Below, in pieces: positions 1 to 10,544 of a stretch of 64,000 nt of DNA (position 1 is its first letter; each line of letters starts with the position of its first letter). Made by a program: the position numbers and the translations under genes. The stretch is taken from the NCBI GenBank assembly GCA_963663965.2, contig CAXXFK010000011.1, positions 1-64,000 of the forward strand, read 5' to 3'. The notes under the pieces are model-generated. The model did no database searches. It saw only the letters and a program-made list of their open reading frames with translations, and was not told the origin of the DNA. This DNA is from Sedimentisphaerales bacterium (GTDB taxonomy: Bacteria; Planctomycetota; Phycisphaerae; Sedimentisphaerales; SM23-30).

Positions 1-1947
1 CGATTTCGATGTTGGATTGTATAATTCAATGGCATAGCAATCAGACTCTTCAATAGCAACACCAATTGTTTTTTTGTATTTAGCTAACGCAATTTCAGAA
101 ATATAAACACGATCTGCGGTTGGTTCAAATCCATAATAGGTCCGTTGATTTGAGCCAATATTTATATCGAAATATGACTCCAGCGGGGTCGCTTCCGTAT
201 CAATAAAATCAACCAGATTGACCGCTAATTGACAGGCCAGATCAACGCGATCCATATTCCATCGGTCATAATTGTAAGTACCCACCGCTGTACCAGCGGG
301 TTTTTTATTCAAATTCCAAGCGGGTATTGGGAGAGGCGGAGATGGATCTTTTAAACCCAACCAGATCGCAGCCGACAAGGTCAGCAATCGTTGTTTTCTT
401 TCATTCTGGTCATCCGTTGCCAATACCCATGATAACGGAACCGGTTTAAACGAAACATTTACGTCATTGGCGCCTGAATTCCAGTGATTATAATTATTCC
501 AAGCTGTTTCCATCTCGCCTGGCATACCAGAATTCCAATTATTTCGACGAGGGACCAGCAAGCGATCAACATTATAAGTTGTTGTAATGTGCCTGCGATC
601 ATACGCAGACAAGTCATAATCGTTAAGGTTGGGATTATAACCTGTCAATGCCAGATACCATTCATATTTAGTTGCAAGAGGAATAATAACGCTGGAAAAA
701 GTATTATTCCATAAATTGGCAAATCCCAACCGATTAACCGCCCCGGGATAAAGGAAGAAATAGCTTCGCATAGCTAATTCATCCTCAGTATTAAAGAAAT
801 AATATTCATTATCAGGATTAAATAACCATTCGTTTATGGCCAAGCTATATTTATCAGATTTAACAGGCAATGGGTTCGGCCAAGCTATAGACCCCCAGCG
901 AACTTTATGCAATTGTTCTAAGCCGTCAAAGGGATATTTAGCCAAATCAATATTTTTACGTAATCCATAAATATAATATTTATTTGTTGAATCATCGACC
1001 GTATCCAGATTAATGTGAGATAAGTATGAGCCATCCCATAAATCCGTCGGATCAGAGAATGATGGATCATGCCAGGAGGTGTTGACATTAAGCATCGCCG
1101 CATTATCGATAATGCGGACAGCCGTATAAATATCCTCACCTTTAAAACCAAATAATTGTGGAATGATCACCCAACGGGAATCGGCAAAACCATCTCCATC
1201 CGCATCGGCTTTGTCACCCCGTTGAATACTTGCGTTTATATCCTTGATCGCACTGGTACGCATATTCCTGAAACTGATCCGATCATTTTCCTGGTCCAGA
1301 TAAGCTGTTGGAACGCTGGTACCTGCGGGTAAAGTATAATCCGCATTTCGATACGGGAACATGGTATATTCATAGATATCATGCAACGAACCATAGAGAT
1401 CTGTAATATGATGGTAGCCCAGATCATCGTCATTTATATTCCCGGGTGTTTCCAAATAATCAACATATTCTGGCTCTAATGAACATAGCCAACCATCATC
1501 CTCAGAATTATACACATCGGGCCTGTCATCGCCTGCCGGATCAAATGGATTCGTACTTGCCGGTTTTTGATAAATTGTATCTACACCCGGATTTCTGAAA
1601 GTATCATCAATTGTTCCATAGATATTATCCGGTCCCGGCATAATATTATGAGACGGATAATCACCATATTCATTTTGACCCGAGCCATCAAGAAACTGAT
1701 CGGGGCCTCTCCGGTCAAACAAGTCATCAACCAGCACCTCACTTATCTGTTCAATGACCGCATCAATAGCACCCTCGGTCAAATCGATCGCATCGGCACT
1801 ATCCGCAATATGCATATTAACGCGGGAAGACAGAATGAAGGATGTGCCTATGATAAACAGTAAAGTCACTATGATGATTACCAGTAACAACGCACTACCC
1901 CGGCAGCGTCGATTGTTATACATGTTGTAATTGGTCCTAGTATTCAT
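1..1947 (-). CDS. Large PilX/GspK-like minor pilin-associated protein, 3'-truncated by the window edge
   Basis: Not in the ORF track, presumably because no stop is reached. Translated by hand from ATG at 1947: MNTRTNYNMYNNRRCRGSALLLVIIIVTLLFIIGTSFILSSR (basic leader, G|S cleavage, hydrophobic helix lacking Glu5, as in PilX/GspK). Downstream it contains ADADGDGFADSRW. It starts 8 nt after the preceding pilin gene. Confidence 0.75.
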   Translation of the reverse strand, partial: MNTRTNYNMYNNRRCRGSALLLVIIIVTLLFIIGTSFILSSRVNMHIADSADAIDLTEGAIDAVIEQISEVLVDDLFDRRGPDQFLDGSGQNEYGDYPSHNIMPGPDNIYGTIDDTFRNPGVDTIYQKPASTNPFDPAGDDRPDVYNSEDDGWLCSLEPEYVDYLETPGNINDDDLGYHHITDLYGSLHDIYEYTMFPYRNADYTLPAGTSVPTAYLDQENDRISFRNMRTSAIKDINASIQRGDKADADGDGFADSRWVIIPQLFGFKGEDIYTAVRIIDNAAMLNVNTSWHDPSFSDPTDLWDGSYLSHINLDTVDDSTNKYYIYGLRKNIDLAKYPFDGLEQLHKVRWGSIAWPNPLPVKSDKYSLAINEWLFNPDNEYYFFNTEDELAMRSYFFLYPGAVNRLGFANLWNNTFSSVIIPLATKYEWYLALTGYNPNLNDYDLSAYDRRHITTTYNVDRLLVPRRNNWNSGMPGEMETAWNNYNHWNSGANDVNVSFKPVPLSWVLATDDQNERKQRLLTLSAAIWLGLKDPSPPLPIPAWNLNKKPAGTAVGTYNYDRWNMDRVDLACQLAVNLVDFIDTEATPLESYFDINIGSNQRTYYGFEPTADRVYISEIALAKYKKTIGVAIEESDCYAIELYNPTSKS

Positions 1948-1955
1948 AATATTAA

Positions 1956-3200
1956 TCACGGTTGCGGTAAGGGGAGAATTATTGAATTGGTTACTCCATC
2001 TGGATATTGCGAACGATTCTCATCAAATACAATAAATGTAATTTTTATCGCACGAGGCCATATATTCATTCCAGACCAATTGAAGTTTTTGTTGTAATAA
2101 TCTTTTATTTTTGAGATACCCATCGGGGTTCTCCAATTGACGGGAAGAGCGACCTCTGTCGGTGGAGTCGTTGTTTTATCGTAATATGAACCCTGAATGA
2201 ATGTTTCGCTTTTATTGGCAGACAAATCACCAATCAAGTCAGGAATATTCCAGGCAAATCCAAATTGCCCCCCGGATTCCCAACCGGCTTTCCCATTATG
2301 TAAAAAACGATTAAATGACGTGTCGAAATGTACAGTATTAGCCAGAATAGGATCAGGAAACCAGCGGTCCGCCCCCTCAAACCATAATTGAATTTTGAAA
2401 CTGCCAACATCTCCCAATAAATAAACAGGTTGGAATTCATCAGGACTCATGCCGGCAATTTGCGTGCGCCGAATCCAGGAAGCAGATATATTCAAATTAT
2501 CCTGTAACAATATATTGGAATATGTATTAAATTGTAGCGATTTAAAATATTGATATAGCGATGTAAACGTGCTTAAAGTCGTTAAATAGTAGGGATTTTC
2601 TATTGGGATTGAATCATATTTTTTTATTGGATCCGGCAATTTATTATCATCATAATCAACCGAAGCGCCTAACGAAGAACCGGACCATGGGACATAACTA
2701 ATTGGTCCGCATAATCCCTGATAACCTCCCAATGTAAATGCGGCAACAGCCTGATCTATATCATAGGATAAGATTTTGGAACGACGGATCAGATGCCGGA
2801 CTGGAATTATATTTGAATAGGAATTGACTGATGGGATGGCATCCGATTCATGACTATGGCCATAAAAGATACGGGCCATTTGACCCGAATACAGACCATT
2901 TGTAGTTTTAAATCTTCCATTCGCAAAAAAAACTATCCGATCTTGCGAATATCCATATTGATCGTTCTCAAATAACACGACAAAAGGCATGTCGGGCCGC
3001 AACCCTGCCAGATCCTGTTTTAATTGCGTGGTAAGTCCACGAACCTGCCGGGAAATATCGGCGGAAGATGTGGATTTACCTGCGGCCGTAGTCGTACTTT
3101 TAAATACCATTCCTGTAATACCGAAAATCACGACCATTAATGCCACAGCGACCATCATTTCGGCAAGCGTGACACCAGATTGTATTCTTTTTAATCTCAT
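1956..3200 (-). CDS. Prepilin-type minor pilin (PilW/GspJ-like)
   Basis: N-terminal class III signal QSG|VTLAEMMVAVALMVVIFG; position in the pilin cluster. Confidence 0.8.
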   Translation of the reverse strand: MRLKRIQSGVTLAEMMVAVALMVVIFGITGMVFKSTTTAAGKSTSSADISRQVRGLTTQLKQDLAGLRPDMPFVVLFENDQYGYSQDRIVFFANGRFKTTNGLYSGQMARIFYGHSHESDAIPSVNSYSNIIPVRHLIRRSKILSYDIDQAVAAFTLGGYQGLCGPISYVPWSGSSLGASVDYDDNKLPDPIKKYDSIPIENPYYLTTLSTFTSLYQYFKSLQFNTYSNILLQDNLNISASWIRRTQIAGMSPDEFQPVYLLGDVGSFKIQLWFEGADRWFPDPILANTVHFDTSFNRFLHNGKAGWESGGQFGFAWNIPDLIGDLSANKSETFIQGSYYDKTTTPPTEVALPVNWRTPMGISKIKDYYNKNFNWSGMNIWPRAIKITFIVFDENRSQYPDGVTNSIILPLPQP

Positions 3201-3340
3201 ATTTAATTATACGTGGCTGTCCAGTTTGATTGGTGTAATGATACGGATCGATTTTCTTATTTACATATTTTACGATTTGGGCGGTTCAATTAGAATCCCG
3301 TGCTACAAAAACCTGAGAAAACGGTTTCTATAAACCAATG

Positions 3341-4561
3341 TTATATCCGTTTCATTCGCAATACGACATCGATAACCGGTTGTTTCTCTTCAAACTCACC
3401 AGACTCTCTGTTGATGGCGGGAGGGAATACCCAAAAATATTTCATTGTCCCTATCATGGGCGTTTCGAGCGTGACAATAAATTCACCCGTATTGTATTCA
3501 GGTTCGATATCACTAATTTTATAGAGAAATCCACGACGACCATCCGTAGTCGTATCCAGACCGGCGTCAGCATCAATGATATAGCTGCCTTTGCGGAGAA
3601 GCGGTTCCAGCGCTCCAGTTACAGTAAAATAATCAAATCCAATTGCGCTTCCATCTATTTGTAACAGCCATGGGATAGGAAAACGGCGATCTTCATTGCG
3701 GGGGCGGGGCGTAGGATTATAACTGCACTGGGTAGGATAAAGCGTCGATATCTGCCAGGGGTAATTCGCGCCATTTTGAACCGCATACCTGGGATTGTCT
3801 TTCAGGTGTTCGAAGGTAAATATGTAAATTCGAGTCGTATATAAATTATCATTATCCATAGTCATATAGAATGAAGCGGTACTATATTTGCGTGTCAATG
3901 CCACTTCATAGATGACATTAGTCAAATTGTAATTTCCAACTCCAAAACGGTCCTCGTATTCGGTAAAAAGCCGGATCACTTCAGGATCAGAGGCATCTAC
4001 CGGTGGATAAACAATCTGACCGATCGCTTCGGGCGCTAACTGCCCCGGTGATGATATCTGTGGATAATAATCCGGTACGAGTTTGCCGGTCCAGGGAGTG
4101 TTGGAAATTTGATACGGGTAGATAATATCCGCAGCAGGATAAGTCGGAAAATATAAATTGGTCGGGTCATCGTAGATGACAGGGGGAAATGTGTCCAGAG
4201 GGAAAGGCGCCGTTGGATTATCGGCGTAAATATTCGGTTGGAAAAGGTAAAAGGGATGGGCATTGCGACCCACCAAATTGTCGACTTTAATTATACCATC
4301 TGGATTGGCAGGATCATCAATCATTTCATTTCTGCCAATGCCATTCCCCGGCATCTTTCGAATAGACTCGAACTGAAAGGTGAGCAGAGTGTCTGCACTG
4401 GATCTGGTAAGGCCAATAACCGTATTGCGGGTAACACGATGCGTATTTGCAATACCAAGCGGAAACATAGCCGCGATAAAGGCCAATCCCATAGCCAAAA
4501 CCGCCACAGCCAACATAATTTCCATTAAGGAAAAAGCAGATTGTCTAATATTTTTATTCAT
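3341..4561 (-). CDS. Prepilin-type minor pilin (PilV/GspI-like)
   Basis: SA|FSLMEIMLAVAVLAMGLAFIAAMFP N-terminal methylation motif. Confidence 0.8.
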   Translation of the reverse strand: MNKNIRQSAFSLMEIMLAVAVLAMGLAFIAAMFPLGIANTHRVTRNTVIGLTRSSADTLLTFQFESIRKMPGNGIGRNEMIDDPANPDGIIKVDNLVGRNAHPFYLFQPNIYADNPTAPFPLDTFPPVIYDDPTNLYFPTYPAADIIYPYQISNTPWTGKLVPDYYPQISSPGQLAPEAIGQIVYPPVDASDPEVIRLFTEYEDRFGVGNYNLTNVIYEVALTRKYSTASFYMTMDNDNLYTTRIYIFTFEHLKDNPRYAVQNGANYPWQISTLYPTQCSYNPTPRPRNEDRRFPIPWLLQIDGSAIGFDYFTVTGALEPLLRKGSYIIDADAGLDTTTDGRRGFLYKISDIEPEYNTGEFIVTLETPMIGTMKYFWVFPPAINRESGEFEEKQPVIDVVLRMKRI

Positions 4562-4588
4562 TTAATTTATGAGTAATCAATTTATTAA

Positions 4589-5407
4589 TCATTCATCTCT
4601 AGGCAAGAACTGACCAGTATAAATATTTATTAAATAGGGCTTCAAGTCTTTCAGGTAGCCACTGTATCTTAAATCAGGATTACACTGCCTCAGGGCATCA
4701 ACCTCAGCAATAAACAAACCCGCTGCGCTTATTTCGTATAATCCTGAGGAAGAATTGTAGGCATTTAACCAAAGCGGCGTGCCTTTATCCAAGGTATCGG
4801 ATGCAAGCAATCCAATATTGGATTTCGTAATAAAATTATAGACGTTAATCAGTTTGTCATTATTATCCCGTGCAGTTACAACATATCGATCTTCAATGGT
4901 AACCTGCCCTGAAGGAGAGAAAAATATACAGAAGGATAAAGAATCGTTTAAACATACTTTTGAAGATGTTGAATCATTTAAATACAGGTTCAGGTCACCC
5001 AGTTTATACATGTTGTCGACAATCCCGCTATGAATTACTGCTATGCCTTGCGGTAAAGGAATGGCCCTGGTGTCAGGCGCAGTTTTGTATTGGGATAGTG
5101 GCGGATTGTAGTTGTAATCAATCTTTGTATTTTCTACCAATACCATGTATTGTGTACCTTGTTGCCAACCTTCACCATCAAATTGGAAACGGATACCAAC
5201 ATTGCGATTATTGGCCGCGGCGCGGCTCTGGGCCAGGGCGAGCATGCTGCGAATAGTGCGGACAGCAGCTTTTTCTTTATTGGTCGAGAGAATGTCCGTA
5301 AAGGAGGGCAAGGCCAGGCTCATCATGAGCAAGGCGATGACCAGAACCATGACGATTTCGACCAGGGTAAAGGCAGCTGTTTGTTTTGATTTATAAGCGT
5401 AATACAT
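4589..5407 (-). CDS. Prepilin-type minor pilin (FimT/GspH-like)
   Basis: AA|FTLVEIVMVLVIALLMMSLALPSF...LALAQSRA, plus a C-terminal IFFSPSG motif typical of FimT/GspH. Confidence 0.8.
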   Translation of the reverse strand: MYYAYKSKQTAAFTLVEIVMVLVIALLMMSLALPSFTDILSTNKEKAAVRTIRSMLALAQSRAAANNRNVGIRFQFDGEGWQQGTQYMVLVENTKIDYNYNPPLSQYKTAPDTRAIPLPQGIAVIHSGIVDNMYKLGDLNLYLNDSTSSKVCLNDSLSFCIFFSPSGQVTIEDRYVVTARDNNDKLINVYNFITKSNIGLLASDTLDKGTPLWLNAYNSSSGLYEISAAGLFIAEVDALRQCNPDLRYSGYLKDLKPYLINIYTGQFLPRDE

Positions 5408-5412
5408 AGTGG

Positions 5413-6066
5413 TTAAATATCGGTAGAGAAAATATCATCTTCGGTATCAAACTGGCCGTCTTTGCCGGCGGATTGAATTAAAGGGAGATTGTTGACACCC
5501 TGATTTTGATATCTGAGCGGGGTGCCCCAGGCATCGTAGATCTCACACATTTCACGATTGAGCGTCGTAGAGCGGACCGCCAAAGAGTCGTTATCGAGAT
5601 TCCGGACGGTCTCATTGGGTAATTTGTTCAGGAGAGTCCGGCAGGCCGCGACATCACTAATAACTGTATAAAAGATTTCGATTGAATTGGCGGCCATGCA
5701 ATAGCTTTCGTAGGGCCAGGGCGCAGCATTATGATTACCCGCGGAATAATCATTAATAAGCCCCCCCAGGTTTTCTGGACGGCTGTTTAAAATGGTAAGC
5801 ATATCTGCAAACAAGGTGTATGGCCCCACACCGGATTCGTTGGGAAAAACGAATGCCCGGCCCATCTGACCTTTGGAAGATTTATATTCCTGCAACGCAT
5901 CGACAAGAATCTGGAGGGTCGATTTGGTGAGTTTTTCACGCGCATTGTCATGGACGATTTTGCCCAGGCCGATGATGGCGGAGATCATGATCAGCATGAT
6001 GACCACGACGACCATGATTTCGACGAGGGTGAAGGCTTTTGAGTTTTTATTAGAATAGCATTGCAT
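5413..6066 (-). CDS. Prepilin/pseudopilin with GspG-like C-terminus
   Basis: KA|FTLVEIMVVVVI; C-terminal DAWGTPLRY...SAGKDGQFDTEDDI. Confidence 0.85.
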   Translation of the reverse strand: MQCYSNKNSKAFTLVEIMVVVVIMLIMISAIIGLGKIVHDNAREKLTKSTLQILVDALQEYKSSKGQMGRAFVFPNESGVGPYTLFADMLTILNSRPENLGGLINDYSAGNHNAAPWPYESYCMAANSIEIFYTVISDVAACRTLLNKLPNETVRNLDNDSLAVRSTTLNREMCEIYDAWGTPLRYQNQGVNNLPLIQSAGKDGQFDTEDDIFSTDI

Positions 6067-6137
6067 GCGTTATTTCAACCTTCGGTTATAAATCCCTTGT
6101 GACTTTGTCACAAGATCCACTAATCGGCACCTATACT

Positions 6138-6161
6138 AACCCGCAGCGTTAACTGCGGGTT
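6138..6161. terminator. Stem-loop downstream of the putative major pilin gene (terminator/attenuator or REP-like)
   Basis: AACCCGCAG-cgttaa-CTGCGGGTT, a perfect 9-bp stem; no clear U-tract. Confidence 0.45.
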
Positions 6162-6202
6162 GAGTACTTTAGTCCCTGCAAAGAAATATCAGCAAGGCTT
6201 GA

Positions 6203-7123
6203 TTATTTGCCGGCGTTTTGATCGAAGTTGCAGATATCATCTTCAGTGCCATACAAACCATCACGGCCGGCAGTAATAATTATAAACCCATCATATTGAT
6301 GAGGACGAGCCTTGGGAGCAGTTAAACCACCCGTTTTGGGATCCCAGATATAATTACGGAATGATTTCATGTCGCCGGCTCCCGGACTGGTATAGTCAGC
6401 CGCATACATATCAGAATAATTGGTTACGGACATATTATCGGAATAGTAATAGATACTATTAATATCAAAGGCCCGTTCATGCGAACGGTAATATAAAAAT
6501 GGCCTGTTCATGTTGTTATTAGAACTCAGATCATCCAGGATGACAGGATTAGGATTGTCCCAGGCAGCCTGGTCCCAGTTTTCAACAAAATCCTGAGGGC
6601 GTTCAATTTCACTCATTCGACCAATATTCAGGTTATCTGTATCAATATACATGCTCCTTTTGACAACATTTGTACCCGTATAATCAACTGGTTGACCAAT
6701 CTGAATTGTACCCGTAGGGTTAGTGGCCGGGCTAATGTAATATTCGTGATTTTTCTGATATCCCAACATATCCAAACCAAACAATGCTTCAGCCAGGCGA
6801 TGAGCACCAATATCCATACCTGAACCATTAACTATTTGCTTGATTGTGCCTGGGGTTGAATCTCTATTCAACATTGAATAATCACCCGTTGAACTTAGCC
6901 TCTGATCAGAGTCAGGAAAACTTCCCATATCGTTCTTAAACATTTCCAGACCACTGGAGACGGCATTGATGGTCGCTTTAACTTTCATTTCTTTGGCTCT
7001 TATGCGAACTTCATTATAGGCCGGCATAGCAATGGCCAGCAACAGCGCAATAATACCGATAACAGTCAGCAGTTCGATAAGGGTGAAGGCTTTGGCAGTT
7101 CTTTTCATGATTGATTTCTCCAT
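6203..7123 (-). CDS. Prepilin/pseudopilin, probable major pilin (GspG-like)
   Basis: KA|FTLIELLTVIGIIALLLAIAMP; C-terminal TAGRDGLYGTEDDICNF; first pilin gene after pilC. Confidence 0.85.
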   Translation of the reverse strand: MEKSIMKRTAKAFTLIELLTVIGIIALLLAIAMPAYNEVRIRAKEMKVKATINAVSSGLEMFKNDMGSFPDSDQRLSSTGDYSMLNRDSTPGTIKQIVNGSGMDIGAHRLAEALFGLDMLGYQKNHEYYISPATNPTGTIQIGQPVDYTGTNVVKRSMYIDTDNLNIGRMSEIERPQDFVENWDQAAWDNPNPVILDDLSSNNNMNRPFLYYRSHERAFDINSIYYYSDNMSVTNYSDMYAADYTSPGAGDMKSFRNYIWDPKTGGLTAPKARPHQYDGFIIITAGRDGLYGTEDDICNFDQNAGK

Positions 7124-7130
7124 ATTTAAA

Positions 7131-7207
7131 AAGTAGTCAAGTAGACAAGTAGTCCATAAACAAGCTGGCTAGCAGACAAGTCGTCGAGTAGACAAATAGT
7201 CAAGTAG
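7131..7207. repeat. Degenerate 8-nt tandem repeat (AAGTAGWC) between pilC and the pilin gene
   Basis: AAGTAGTC AAGTAGAC AAGTAGTC ... AAGTCGTC GAGTAGAC AAATAGTC AAGTAG. Confidence 0.75.
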
Positions 7208-7245
7208 CCGAGCGGGTTGTCTTTTTTATTTTTGTAAGAGCAGAC

Positions 7246-8499
7246 TTAAGCGCCCACGGCTTCGATCATTTTGACCATGGGCATAAAGAGCGCGACAACG
7301 ATATAACCGCAGACAGCGCCCAGGAAGATAACCAGTACGGGTTCGAGCAGGGAGACGAGGGCGCCGACGAGGACGTCAACTTCGTCGTCGTAGTTATCGG
7401 CGATTTTGGCGAGCATTTTGTCGAGTTCGCCGGTTTCTTCACCCACGTCGATCATATTAACCACCAGGTTATCGCAGACCTTGGCTTTGCGGAGCGGTTC
7501 GGCGAAGGTTTCACCTTTGCGGATGGAGTCCATCACACCATCGAGCGCCCGGGCATAGACCTCGTTACCGGAGGTATCGCGGGTGATGGCGATGGCCTCG
7601 AGAATGGGCACACCGGCCGCGATCAGGGTACCCAGGGTCCGGGCAAACCGGGCAATGGAGGTTTTACCGATGATCTGGCCGACGACGGGAATTTTTAGGT
7701 TGACCGTGTCGAGTACAAACCGGCCCATTTTACTGAAACGGATGAGTTTGACCAGGAAGATAATGGCAAACGGGGTGCCCATGAGCCACAGCCAGCCGCC
7801 GCCGCGGGTGATCCAGACGGAAGCGTTGAGCAGGCTGCGCGTGACGCCGGGCAGGTCGGTGCCAAAGTCGGCAAAAATGGACTCGAATTTGGGAACCACA
7901 AAGGTCATGATACCCATGACGATACCGAACGCGATGGTCAGTACGCAAATGGGATAGACCATCGCGCCTTTGATTTTGCCTTTGAGTTTTTCGGCCTTTT
8001 CCATGAAGTCCGACAGACGGTTGAGGATCAGGTCGAGTACACCGCCCGCTTCGCCGGCCGCTACCATGTTGGTATAAAGACGGTTGTAGGTTTTGGGGTA
8101 TTTGGCCATGGCCTCGGAGAGCGTGGAACCGGCTTCGACATCATCGCCGACGCCGCCGACGACATTTTTGAGGGTACCGGGCTTTTGCTGCTCTTCGAGA
8201 ATACGAAGAGACCGTAATATGGGCAGTCCAGCATCCTGCAGCGTACTGAGCTGACGGGTAAACTGGGTAAGCTTTTTGACCTTGGTCTTGCCGCCGGTGC
8301 CCCGTCGGGCTTTGGCTTTGATGGTTTTTTTAGCATCACCACCGAAGGCGCGACGCCGGGCGCCCTTTTCCTTGACTTTGGTGGGGAAATAGCCCAGGTT
8401 GCGAATTTTGCTGATCGCTTCTTCGCTACTGAGGGCCTCGACGGAATCTTTGACTTCCTTGCCCTGGGCATCCATCGCTTCGTAAGTGTAGGTAGGCAT
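7246..8499 (-). CDS. pilC: Type IV pilus/T2SS inner-membrane platform protein PilC/GspF
   Basis: FTRQLSTLQDAGLP, AGEAGGVLD, YP, GEETGELD and EP motifs; two T2SSF domains. Confidence 0.95.
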   Translation of the reverse strand: MPTYTYEAMDAQGKEVKDSVEALSSEEAISKIRNLGYFPTKVKEKGARRRAFGGDAKKTIKAKARRGTGGKTKVKKLTQFTRQLSTLQDAGLPILRSLRILEEQQKPGTLKNVVGGVGDDVEAGSTLSEAMAKYPKTYNRLYTNMVAAGEAGGVLDLILNRLSDFMEKAEKLKGKIKGAMVYPICVLTIAFGIVMGIMTFVVPKFESIFADFGTDLPGVTRSLLNASVWITRGGGWLWLMGTPFAIIFLVKLIRFSKMGRFVLDTVNLKIPVVGQIIGKTSIARFARTLGTLIAAGVPILEAIAITRDTSGNEVYARALDGVMDSIRKGETFAEPLRKAKVCDNLVVNMIDVGEETGELDKMLAKIADNYDDEVDVLVGALVSLLEPVLVIFLGAVCGYIVVALFMPMVKMIEAVGA

Positions 8500-8754
8500 G
8501 TTACTTAACTCGCTTATTCTGTTTTCTATTCTGGTTGGGGCCGTCAGGCCGGCAACACTGCTTTTTAACTGCCCAATTATACCTGATACGGCATTGATCG
8601 ACTACATCCGGCAGAAAAAATGTAAATTTTTTGTCAGCAATGCTTAACAGGCACCAGTGTCAAAATGATTGTGCCGCGTCGTTTCTGAGTTTTCGGCGCC
8701 ATTTTAAGAGATTATTCGGACTTATGACGCCAGCATCAATCCTTTAGTCGGGCA

Positions 8755-10515
8755 TTAATCGCCAACTTCTTCAAGAACCGTTTCTTTAACAACTTCTTCA
8801 ATGGTCGTCATGCCATCGTAGATGCCGAGAATGCCGGATTCACGCATGGTTCGCATGCCGTTGCGGATGGCCATTTCTCGCAAGACGTTGGATGAAGCGC
8901 GGTTCATAATGGCTTCGCGCATTTCGTCGGTAAGGGTCATGATTTCGTAAATCCCCATTCGGCCGCGATAACCGGTATTGTTGCAATAGTCGCACCCTTT
9001 GCCGATGTAGAACTGTCGGCCTTTGGTATCTTCAGGCGTGAGTTCCAGTTCCATCAGCATCTCTTCGGTGGGCTGGACGGGCGTGCGGCAGTTGGAACAG
9101 ATTTTTCGCACGAGACGCTGGCCGACGATGCCTTCAAGAGTCGCGGTGATCAAAAACGGTTCAACGCCAAGGTCGAGCAGACGGGCAATGGTGCTGGGCG
9201 CGTCATTGGTATGGAGGGTAGTGAACACCAGGTGACCGGTCAGAGAAGCCTGGATGGCGATCTGGGCGGTTTCGAGGTCACGGGTTTCGCCGACGAGTAC
9301 GATATCGGGGTCCTGACGAAGGATACTACGCAGGCAGGCGGCAAAGGTAAGGCCGATTTCGGTACGGATCTGGCACTGGACCAGGCCGTCGATATCGTAT
9401 TCGACCGGGTCTTCGGTGGTGATGATCTTGGTGTCGATGTCGTTCAGTTCGTTGAGGGCGGAATAAAGCGTGGTGGTTTTGCCGGAACCGGTGGGACCCG
9501 TTACAATAACAACGCCATTGGGTTTTTCGATCAGCTGGCGGAATTCGGCGCGTTCCTTGTCACGCATGCCGAGTTTGTCAATGTCAAGTTCCACCTGGGA
9601 CCGGTCCAGAACACGCAATACCACGCTTTCGCCGAACATGGTGGGCAAAATTGCGACACGCAGGTCGACCTGGCGGCCCTGGACGACCAGAGGAATACGA
9701 CCGTCCTGAGGCATACGACGTTCGGCAATGTCCAGGTTGGCCATAACCTTGATACGGGAACTGACCGCCACGGCAATGTGACGCGGAGGCGGCACCATTT
9801 CGTACAGCACACCGTCGATACGATACCGCATTTTGAATTCGTTTTCGAAGGGCTCGAAATGGATGTCGGATGCCTTGTCGCGAATCGCCTGGAGCAGAAC
9901 CAGGTTGAGCAGTTTTTTAACCGGGCTGGATTCGGCCGCCTCACGGAGTTCGCTGAGGTCAATACTTTCGCCGCGATCTTTTATTTCGGCCAGAACACTG
10001 TCATCGGTGAATTCGCTGATCAGATCCTGGAGGGATTCAGCCTTGTCGCTGTAATAACGGTTGAGAGCTTTTTCCAGCGCCTCGGTTTCGGTGATAAAAG
10101 CCTTAATACGGTAATTGAGCAGGGTTTGCAGGTCATCGGTAGCGCGAAAGTTATCCGCCGAATCGATAGCGATACTGAGCGTGTGGGTGGACTCTTCGTA
10201 ATCCACCGGCAAGACCCGATAATTCAGGGCCATCAGGCTGGTGAGTTGCCGTATGATATCATCCGAAATATCCAGGTTATTGAGGTCGATATATTCCATC
10301 CCCATCTGAAAGGCAAGGGCAAATCTGAGGTCCTGTTCCGAAATATAACCCAGATCGAGCAAAACCTGGCCGATGGGAACTTTTTTAGTTGACCGTTTCT
10401 GGATATTGAGCGCCTCCACAACCTTTTCACGCGTAAGCAACCCCATTTTGATGAGGACGCGGCCAAGTTGTCGGCCTTTGAGTTGCTGGACAGGCAGCAT
10501 TTTTGCCATAATCAC
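8755..10515 (-). CDS. pilB: Type IV pilus assembly ATPase PilB/GspE (paralog 1)
   Basis: ASDIHFEP, GPTGSGKTT, EDPVEY, LRQDPD, TGHLVFTTLHTN, tetracysteine motif; N-terminal MshEN-like LGRVLIKMGLLT. Confidence 0.95.
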   Translation of the reverse strand: MIMAKMLPVQQLKGRQLGRVLIKMGLLTREKVVEALNIQKRSTKKVPIGQVLLDLGYISEQDLRFALAFQMGMEYIDLNNLDISDDIIRQLTSLMALNYRVLPVDYEESTHTLSIAIDSADNFRATDDLQTLLNYRIKAFITETEALEKALNRYYSDKAESLQDLISEFTDDSVLAEIKDRGESIDLSELREAAESSPVKKLLNLVLLQAIRDKASDIHFEPFENEFKMRYRIDGVLYEMVPPPRHIAVAVSSRIKVMANLDIAERRMPQDGRIPLVVQGRQVDLRVAILPTMFGESVVLRVLDRSQVELDIDKLGMRDKERAEFRQLIEKPNGVVIVTGPTGSGKTTTLYSALNELNDIDTKIITTEDPVEYDIDGLVQCQIRTEIGLTFAACLRSILRQDPDIVLVGETRDLETAQIAIQASLTGHLVFTTLHTNDAPSTIARLLDLGVEPFLITATLEGIVGQRLVRKICSNCRTPVQPTEEMLMELELTPEDTKGRQFYIGKGCDYCNNTGYRGRMGIYEIMTLTDEMREAIMNRASSNVLREMAIRNGMRTMRESGILGIYDGMTTIEEVVKETVLEEVGD

Positions 10516-10544
10516 TTACCTCTCGGAATTTCTTAAAAAAGGGA

